A stretch of DNA of 64,000 nt from a virus: positions 1 to 64,000 of IMG/VR virus record IMGVR_UViG_3300032401_000002. One strand, 5' to 3'. The notes under the pieces are model-generated. The model was not told where the DNA came from, searched no databases, and saw only the letters and a program-made list of their open reading frames with translations. Position numbers and translations under genes: made by a program. Below, piece by piece: positions 57,080 through 64,000 of this stretch; position 1 is the first letter of the stretch; each line of letters begins with the position of its first letter.

Positions 57080-59128
57080 ATGAGCGAAATCACCACCCTT
57101 TCGGACGAACTCTGGAGCGACATCGAGCACGGTCGTGTTGACCGCTCCAAGTTCCTCTTCCTCGAAGAAAGCGACTCCCTCAAGCGCCAATGGAAGGTCG
57201 AGTCGTTCGATGAGAACTACTGGGCGCGCATGGGTGACACGGTCACGAGGTTCTCGACCGTGTCGGTGAGCAGTTACCCTCGCTTTGCACGGGTGGCTGA
57301 CGAGATGGGCTATACGCCTGTCTTCATGGACGATCCGACCGATCACTTTGACTGGGTCACGTCATTGGATCGCGATCCTCTCGTCGCCGTCAATTCCTCC
57401 CTGGAGGGAACGATTGGTGGTTTCTTGCCGTTCCAGGCACGGGGCCTGAACTTCATGAAGAGCACCAACCGCTGCGTCTACTTCCAGTGGAGCACGGGCA
57501 CGGGCAAGACGTTGGCAGCCGAGGGCACGATCCTCGTCAAGTCCAAGGAGGGCTACGGCGAGAACAAGGACGAGGGCTTCGACCTCTGCTTGTACGTTGT
57601 TAAGCCCAACAACCTCGTGAACACCCAGCGCAAGCTCAAGGATCACACGGGCCTGACGGGACGCATCTTGTCCGGCACGCCCAAGCGCCGCCAGACCATG
57701 ATCGCAGAGACCGCTGCTGCGATGGTCGCTGGCGAGCAGCCTATCCTGATCTTCAACGCCGAGAAGTTCCGCGAGGACACCGAGCTTCTGAAGCTCTTGG
57801 TCGAGGATCACAAGCTCCTGGTCATCTTCGATGAGATGCCGACCAAGTACGCCAACCGTGGCACGGCGCTGTACAAGGCGACGGCCGAGGTTCTCTACAC
57901 GACTTTCGTCATCCCCCAGGACGGCAAGGGCAAGGGCAAGCCGCTCTTCTACCCGAGCGTCAAGGGTGACCGCCCGAGCGAGGTCTTCTACGTTGCCATG
58001 TCGGCCACGCCGATCTCGAACTCACCCGAGGACTTCTTCAACTCGATCCGCCTCATGGACTCCTCGATCTACGGGAGCGTCAAGGACTTCAACAACCAGT
58101 TCGTGTCGTCGCGTGACCGCTGGTTCCAGATCGACGGTTGGAAGTCTCTCGACCTGATGGGCGCGATGGCGGCACACATCGTTCACCAGGTTGACAAGCA
58201 CACTGACCCGGAGATCAACGCTCAGTTCCCGACCAAGCTCCCGCCCGAGACGGTCTACTGCGACATGGACTCGGCCACTGAGAAGCTGTACGCCAAGCTC
58301 CAGAAGGAGTACGAGAACATCAAGAACGGTTCGATGCTCGACTTCGAGGAGATCCTCGCAGCCATCGGCACCTTCCAGATGCTGTGCTCTAATCCCCGCT
58401 CAGTGCTCATCTCGGCCAAGATCCGCGAGGAGTACGAGGCCAAGCTCGATGACTTCCTGGCCACCGACCCGAGCGAGGACGAGATCAAGGAGTTCGAGAA
58501 GAAGTTCCGCGACGGTAGCTTGGTCGCCCTCAAGCTCCGCACCCTCGTCAATGACGATTCCAAGTTCACGGACGAGAACGCCAAGGGCGAGTGCATCGTC
58601 TCCAAGATGATCGAGCTTCGTGAGCGCATCGAGCAGAATGACGACAAGGTCATCGTCTTCTCGACCATGAACCAGACTCTGCTTCCCCTGATCTCCGAGT
58701 GGCTCGACAAGTGGGGCATCACGCATGTGTCGTACCACGGTGGTATCACGGGCCACGCCAACAAGCAGGCGATCATCGATGAGTTCCGCACGAACCCGGA
58801 CGTAAAGGTCTTCCTGAGCACGGATGCTGGGTCGGACTCCATCGATCTTCCCGAGGCCACCCTCACCATCCACTACGACCTTCCCTGGACGAAGAGCAAG
58901 ATCACGCAGCGCGAGAATCGGCAGGATCGCATCGACTCGACCAAGGATGCAGTCCAGGTGGTCACCCTCGCAGTCCCGTTCACGGTCGAGGATCGCAAGG
59001 CCGAGATCCTGAGCATCAAGCAGGGATACCACGACTCGCTCTTCAACGGTGTCATCTCCGAGACCGAGGGCAAGGCCGTGAAGTCTGACTTCTTCTACAT
59101 CCTGACGGGCAAGCGAGAAGGCGAGTAA
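57080..59128 (+). CDS. SNF2-family helicase/ATPase
   Basis: LPFQ, TGTGKT, IFDEMP, SATP, KVIVFS, STDAG..IDL, YDLPW, QRENR. Confidence 0.85.
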   Translation: MSEITTLSDELWSDIEHGRVDRSKFLFLEESDSLKRQWKVESFDENYWARMGDTVTRFSTVSVSSYPRFARVADEMGYTPVFMDDPTDHFDWVTSLDRDPLVAVNSSLEGTIGGFLPFQARGLNFMKSTNRCVYFQWSTGTGKTLAAEGTILVKSKEGYGENKDEGFDLCLYVVKPNNLVNTQRKLKDHTGLTGRILSGTPKRRQTMIAETAAAMVAGEQPILIFNAEKFREDTELLKLLVEDHKLLVIFDEMPTKYANRGTALYKATAEVLYTTFVIPQDGKGKGKPLFYPSVKGDRPSEVFYVAMSATPISNSPEDFFNSIRLMDSSIYGSVKDFNNQFVSSRDRWFQIDGWKSLDLMGAMAAHIVHQVDKHTDPEINAQFPTKLPPETVYCDMDSATEKLYAKLQKEYENIKNGSMLDFEEILAAIGTFQMLCSNPRSVLISAKIREEYEAKLDDFLATDPSEDEIKEFEKKFRDGSLVALKLRTLVNDDSKFTDENAKGECIVSKMIELRERIEQNDDKVIVFSTMNQTLLPLISEWLDKWGITHVSYHGGITGHANKQAIIDEFRTNPDVKVFLSTDAGSDSIDLPEATLTIHYDLPWTKSKITQRENRQDRIDSTKDAVQVVTLAVPFTVEDRKAEILSIKQGYHDSLFNGVISETEGKAVKSDFFYILTGKREGE

Positions 59129-59391
59129 TGGCCGTCCGCAGAGATCACCCCGTCACGGTTCGCGAGAGCTTTCTCCTAGCTGAAGCGTGGACAGACGCCA
59201 TCGGTGGCGTCAGCCACTCCGAGATCCTGATCAGCAACCCTGAGCATCACGACCCGGCTTGGCTGGAGGAGCTTGCAGCCGATGGGTGGACTCTCACGAA
59301 ATATGTCCGCGAGGGGTTGACAAACCCGTCAGAACCGACTACTCTTAGTGAAGTAAGCCATTCCACAAGAGGAGAACACTTTGATTCCTGA
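59128..59391 (+). CDS. hypothetical protein
   Basis: TAATG overlap with the helicase stop. Confidence 0.45.
   Translation: MAVRRDHPVTVRESFLLAEAWTDAIGGVSHSEILISNPEHHDPAWLEELAADGWTLTKYVREGLTNPSEPTTLSEVSHSTRGEHFDS
59317..59348 (+). promoter_or_regulatory. sigma70-type phage promoter
   Basis: TTGACA-N17-TACTCT-TAG. Confidence 0.75.
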
Positions 59392-61321
59392 GACCCGCAA
59401 CATCGAAGTCACCGGCACCCTCCAGGGTGAGAAGGTTGGCATGAGCATCAAGCAGGATGCGCTCGCTCACATCATGAGCGTCCTGACCGACCTCTATTCC
59501 GACCCCGAGCTTGCTGTCGTTCGTGAGTACAGCACGAACGGCTTCGATGCACACGTCGAGGCTGGTGTCTCCCTCCCGGTCGAGGTCACGACACCGAGCA
59601 ACATGTCGCCGTACTTCAAGGTGCGCGACTTCGGCAATGGTCTTAACGCTGAGGACATCCGCGAGATCTACTCGCAGTACGGCGCTTCGACCAAGCGTGG
59701 CTCGGACGACGTTGTCGGGATGCTGGGCCTGGGCTGCAAGTCGGCTCTGACCTACACCGACCAGTTCACGCTGACGGGCATCAAGGATGGCATTGCCACC
59801 GAGGTCGCGATCTCCCGTGACGCGGATGGTGCTGGTTCGATGACCATCGTCGCAACCTACGCCACGGATGACGCTTCGGGCGTCGAGGTTGTCGTGCCTG
59901 TCAAGGGAATGAACACGTTCGCCAAGACGGCTCAGGACTTCTTCCGCTTCTGGGAGCCGGGCACGGTGCTCGTGGACAGCAAGGAGCCGGTCGCGGTCGA
60001 GGGTCTTCAGGTCACTGATGACATCCTCGTCACAGACAAGCTCGATTCCTCCTACATCGTCATGGGCAACGTCGCTTATCCCTTCGACACCTACGAGCGC
60101 TACAACATCGTCGCGCGAGTCGCTATTGGTGCGGTGCAGTTCACGCCGTCACGCGAGGCGCTCCAGATGACCGACAAGACGACGCAGGCCATCAACGACG
60201 TGAAGGTGCGGGCCGAGGAAGGCAAGCTCAACGCCATCCAGGCTCTGGTGGACGCTGCCTCGGATCGCTTCGAGGGCATCATGGTCGCGCTCTCGGCCGA
60301 GAACATCTACGGGATCAGGCTCAACAAGCTCACGTACCAGGGCACGGAGTTCCCCGACCGGATCGAGATCTCCGACAAGAAGGATGCGCAGGAGTTCGTC
60401 GCGGTCAAGGCCGTCAAGGGCTACCGCTCCAAGGGTTGGAGCAAGGAGAAGTGGGTCGCTACGTCTTACATCTCCAAGGTTGTCTTCATGACCGGCTACA
60501 ACGGATCGGCGTTCACTCCTACCAAGCGCCTCAAGCTGGAGGGCTGGGAGGCACTCCAGACCGGCGAGAGCTTCGTGCGGCCCGAGCACTACTACCTGAT
60601 CGATAAGCTCACCAAGGCCGAGAAGCAGTGGATCAGGCCCGAGCAGATCGTGAACTGGGCCGACGTTGACGCCATCAAGATCGTGCGAGAGAGTCGGACT
60701 GGTGCCACCAAGGAAGACGGCGCTCCGAGCGGTTCGTACGAGGGCTACGTTGCAGGCAGTCGTCGCAACGACATCCTGGCCTCGGAGATCAACCCCTCCA
60801 ATCGGGTCGGCCTCTTCTACTGCGACCACAAGAACTCCCGTCACTACCGCGAGATCATCTTCTCCAAGTACCCGAACGCCACCATCGTGGAGCTTCCCTC
60901 GAACCGCATGAGCAAGTTCCTTCGCTTCTTCCCCAAGGCTCGTCACGCTCGCGACACGAGCATCAGCATCGCCAAGAAGTGGAGCGAGACGCTGACGGTC
61001 GAGCAGAAGCTCGCGATCAACTTCGAGCAGGCTGGTCGGTACGAGTACAGCTACATGACCAAGCTGGACGAGGCGCTGATCCAGGACGAGGACTTCTCGG
61101 CCATCGTGAAGGCGTACAAGTCCAAGGCCAAGGCTGCGGCCAAGTACAACATCATGAAGAACTTCCTGCACGGCACCAAGATCGAGAACATGATCGAGGA
61201 CACCACGGATAAGTACCCCCTCTTGACAGCCATGAACTTGTACGGTACTATGGGAGAGAAGGCATCTGCCGACCTCATCGTCTATCTGAACGCGGCCTAC
61301 TTGGTCGGGAAGGAGATCTAA
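59381..61321 (+). CDS. rIIA-like protein (GHKL ATPase)
   Basis: 'LYSD..AVVREYSTNGFDAH..VRDFGNGL..YGASTKR..GLGCKS..PSREAL'. Confidence 0.85.
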   Translation: MIPETRNIEVTGTLQGEKVGMSIKQDALAHIMSVLTDLYSDPELAVVREYSTNGFDAHVEAGVSLPVEVTTPSNMSPYFKVRDFGNGLNAEDIREIYSQYGASTKRGSDDVVGMLGLGCKSALTYTDQFTLTGIKDGIATEVAISRDADGAGSMTIVATYATDDASGVEVVVPVKGMNTFAKTAQDFFRFWEPGTVLVDSKEPVAVEGLQVTDDILVTDKLDSSYIVMGNVAYPFDTYERYNIVARVAIGAVQFTPSREALQMTDKTTQAINDVKVRAEEGKLNAIQALVDAASDRFEGIMVALSAENIYGIRLNKLTYQGTEFPDRIEISDKKDAQEFVAVKAVKGYRSKGWSKEKWVATSYISKVVFMTGYNGSAFTPTKRLKLEGWEALQTGESFVRPEHYYLIDKLTKAEKQWIRPEQIVNWADVDAIKIVRESRTGATKEDGAPSGSYEGYVAGSRRNDILASEINPSNRVGLFYCDHKNSRHYREIIFSKYPNATIVELPSNRMSKFLRFFPKARHARDTSISIAKKWSETLTVEQKLAINFEQAGRYEYSYMTKLDEALIQDEDFSAIVKAYKSKAKAAAKYNIMKNFLHGTKIENMIEDTTDKYPLLTAMNLYGTMGEKASADLIVYLNAAYLVGKEI

Positions 61322-61323
61322 GC

Positions 61324-62325
61324 ATGAGTCTCAACTACACACTCGTCGGGAACGAGGCGGGAGAGAAGAACGTCACTCTCTACGTCGAGGGTCGCAAGCC
61401 CCTCCTCGCCCACTCGACGCATCCCAAGTTCGACGCCATCGTCGCTGGCATCCTCGCGGACGACGCCTCGGTGGCCGATCTCTTCGACCTGAGCCAGGTC
61501 GCGGGTCAGAAGTTCGAGAAGCTGTCGGAGCGGGTCGCGGTCGCCAATGGCCGGGTCTACTTCGATGGCGAGGAGCTTGACGAGGCCATCTCCGGTGAGA
61601 TCGTCGGTTTCATCGAGGCCAGCGTCGAGGACTGGAAGCCCCTCGTCGCGTTCATCGAGAACGTCATGCAGAACCCGAACCCGCACTCGCGGGAGAACCT
61701 CTACACCTGGCTGGTGGCGCACGAGATCACGATCACCGAGTCGGGCCTGCTCGTTGGCTACAAGGGCGTCGAGAAGGATGCGGACGGCAACCTTCAGTCG
61801 TCTTCAGAGGGAGTCGCCACGGTGGACGGCACGGTGTTCGAGGGCAAGATCCCGAACCCCATCGGAGCCGTCGTGGAGATGCCCCGCGCGTCAGTCGATC
61901 ACGACCCGAGCAACCCGTGCATGAGTGGCCTGCACGTCGGGACGTACCAGTACGCCAAGGGCTTCGCCTCGGTGCTCCTGGAGGTTCACGTCAACCCGCG
62001 CGACATCGTGAACGTCCCGGACGCCAGCTTCAAGTTCCGCACTTGCCGGTACACTGTCGTCCAGGTGATCGAGGATCGCTACACGTCCAAGGTCGTCGCG
62101 GACGCCAAGCCCGCCGAGCAGGTTGCGGCCGAGTACGATCTCCGCAAGGGGACGATCTTCGAGGACACCGATGCTCGCCGGATCGGTCGGAAGCTCAAGG
62201 TGGTCGAGGTCGAAGGTGACCAGGCAGTCGTGGAGTCCAACGGCAAGACCACGAGGGTCAAGATCGCCCGGCTCTTCACCCGCAAGTACAAGCTCGTGCG
62301 GAAGGGCCGCAAGCCGAAGGCGTAG
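61324..62325 (+). CDS. rIIB-like protein
   Basis: 'NVMQNP..LY..GYKGV..VEMPR..C..GLHVG..VNPRDIV.VP..RTCRY'. Confidence 0.85.
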   Translation: MSLNYTLVGNEAGEKNVTLYVEGRKPLLAHSTHPKFDAIVAGILADDASVADLFDLSQVAGQKFEKLSERVAVANGRVYFDGEELDEAISGEIVGFIEASVEDWKPLVAFIENVMQNPNPHSRENLYTWLVAHEITITESGLLVGYKGVEKDADGNLQSSSEGVATVDGTVFEGKIPNPIGAVVEMPRASVDHDPSNPCMSGLHVGTYQYAKGFASVLLEVHVNPRDIVNVPDASFKFRTCRYTVVQVIEDRYTSKVVADAKPAEQVAAEYDLRKGTIFEDTDARRIGRKLKVVEVEGDQAVVESNGKTTRVKIARLFTRKYKLVRKGRKPKA

Positions 62326-62355
62326 GAAGCTCTGTAAGGCGTTCTAAGCCTCAGA

Positions 62356-62391
62356 AACGACAAGGGCACCCACTGGGTGCCCTTAGTCGTT
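62356..62391. terminator. hairpin between convergent genes
   Basis: AACGACAAGGGCACCCA/TGGGTGCCCTTAGTCGTT. Confidence 0.65.
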
Positions 62392-62432
62392 GGAGGCCCG
62401 GAGAATCGCTCCTGAGGCCGTATGGAGGGTGT

Positions 62433-63914
62433 CTAGACCTCGATGTAGGACTTGTTGCGTCGGCGAAGCTGGGTGTAGATGGTTTCGTCCTGCGGATTGA
62501 CCGTATTCGTGACCAGACGCTTGACCTTGGCCTGCGGATCGCTCAACTGAGCACCAGCTACTGTGTAGGTTGCCTCGTTCGTTGCAACCGTGATTTCTGC
62601 GGTGCCACCAGCAACACCCTTGAGGGTTGCGACCGTGGCTGAAGTCAGAACAGCCGTTACGTCGGCGTTGATCGTCTGGCCCGTTGAGTAGTCCGTGCCT
62701 GCCGTGCCAGTCAGGTTGATCAACTTGACAAGAGCGGCGAACGTGAGGGCCGCTGAGCCAGCGATCTTCAACTCGTCCAGGACAGGGTTGACTCCACCGG
62801 AGAAGGTTGCTGCGCCACGAGCCAGGTTAACACCAGTCACCGCGAGGGTGAATGCGTTAGCTGCCGTCCCCGGAGTGCGAGCCGTCAGAGTTGTGGTCGT
62901 GGTCACAGCGACTGCCGTGACATCGGCGTTGGCTGTAGCCACCTGATAGTCCGTACCAGGAACACCACCCGAACCGTTGATCGCGTTCTGGAAGTTGGTC
63001 ATCGAGCCAGCACCACCGTTGATCAGGATTTCGTCGTTGGCGGGCGTAAGGGCTGTCTTGAACGTGTAGGTGCGACCGTTGACAACCGCCGTAGCGTTGT
63101 TCGCGGGCGTGCCTGCCGTGTCGTTGACTGTGTTGGTAGCCTTGACCTCGGTTAGAGACGTCTTGATCGTGTAGACGCGAGCATTGATGGTCACCGTTGC
63201 TGCGTTCGAAGCATTGCCGCCTGCCTGAGTGATCGTTGCCGCATCCTGGTTGGCAGCCGAAGCTGTCGCCTGGAACCCAGCTTGCGCTGAGTGGAGTCCA
63301 CGAAGGTCTACGGCGGTTGCGCTCGCAGATACGACGTATTGACCGGCGTTGCGCTTGAGAACTCGAAGAACCCGACCATCAGTCAGATCAACCGAGTGAA
63401 CGCCCGAGCCGAGCTTAACGCTCCTGATGTTGCCGTCTGTCTGATAGACGCGGAAGCCGAATCGAGTCAGACCTACGATGCTAGTGGAAGCTGCGTCCAC
63501 TGTATGAACACCAGACTGCGAGCCGCTCGTGTTGATCGCCGCACCGCCCCTAGTGGCCGATACCTGGAACGCGCCTGCGCCGAAGCCTGCGGTGATTACC
63601 CAGTAGCGAACACCCGGAAGTAGACCAGTCGGGAGAGCACCCGTTGTCGAGAAGACAACAGCGTCACCGATTGCGAAGCCGTGGGTGGCCTTGGAGACTA
63701 CGCCAGGGGTGGCGATGGTTACCGTGAAGGTGCCCGAGTTCTGAAGCACGCGAACAAAGTTGTCCTTCTCGCGAACCAGGATAAGCTGTGTTGCGCGGTC
63801 ATCAACATCAACGAGGGCGACTACGCCTTCCTTGATTGTCTTCTTGGCCGCTGAAGAGTTGGGGATTCGGAAGCCTCGACCTGAGATTCCACGAATGCTG
63901 CGGTTGGTTGCCAT
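62433..63914 (-). CDS. putative virion structural protein (Ala/Thr/Gly-rich)
   Basis: 'TIATPGVV..HGFAIGDAVVFSTTGALPTGL' module typical of phage tail/head proteins; internal repeats. Confidence 0.6.
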   Translation of the reverse strand: MATNRSIRGISGRGFRIPNSSAAKKTIKEGVVALVDVDDRATQLILVREKDNFVRVLQNSGTFTVTIATPGVVSKATHGFAIGDAVVFSTTGALPTGLLPGVRYWVITAGFGAGAFQVSATRGGAAINTSGSQSGVHTVDAASTSIVGLTRFGFRVYQTDGNIRSVKLGSGVHSVDLTDGRVLRVLKRNAGQYVVSASATAVDLRGLHSAQAGFQATASAANQDAATITQAGGNASNAATVTINARVYTIKTSLTEVKATNTVNDTAGTPANNATAVVNGRTYTFKTALTPANDEILINGGAGSMTNFQNAINGSGGVPGTDYQVATANADVTAVAVTTTTTLTARTPGTAANAFTLAVTGVNLARGAATFSGGVNPVLDELKIAGSAALTFAALVKLINLTGTAGTDYSTGQTINADVTAVLTSATVATLKGVAGGTAEITVATNEATYTVAGAQLSDPQAKVKRLVTNTVNPQDETIYTQLRRRNKSYIEV

Positions 63915-64000
63915 TTCAGTGTTGTCCTTTAGATCAGTTCATCCCGCTTGATTGCGGGGAACCACTGTACTCTTTACGGGCCGATCCAAGGACTTTCTAA

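Overview
A 64-kb segment of a large, GC-rich tailed phage genome, with no host housekeeping context; the portal/terminase style resembles large actinobacterial myoviruses (inference). Bases 1-46.8 kb are almost all on the minus strand. They hold small accessory genes, a FliA/WhiG-like sigma factor, nucleotide metabolism genes (MazG, ThyX, HD hydrolase, dNMP kinase, UDG-like), a 1065-aa CCA-adding/HD enzyme fused to a second nucleotidyltransferase, portal and terminase, and a replication/recombination module (RecA, DnaE, SSB, primase, DnaB, DnaC-like loader, EndoVII, Cas4-like nuclease, resolvase). The plus strand carries class II RNR and thioredoxin, then a ~7.4-kb RNA island (49.1-56.6 kb), then an SNF2-like helicase and rIIA/rIIB; a minus-strand virion protein gene closes the window. 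The RNA island is the highlight. It has 39 tRNAs covering all 20 amino acids (none encodes CCA), a tmRNA with an atypical tag, a miniature RNase P RNA, two circularly permuted tRNA-like genes, other re-engineered tRNA-like RNAs and many unassigned structured RNAs. Together with the CCA enzyme, this suggests a largely self-contained phage tRNA maturation/repair system. All calls were made by eye; no database searches were run.
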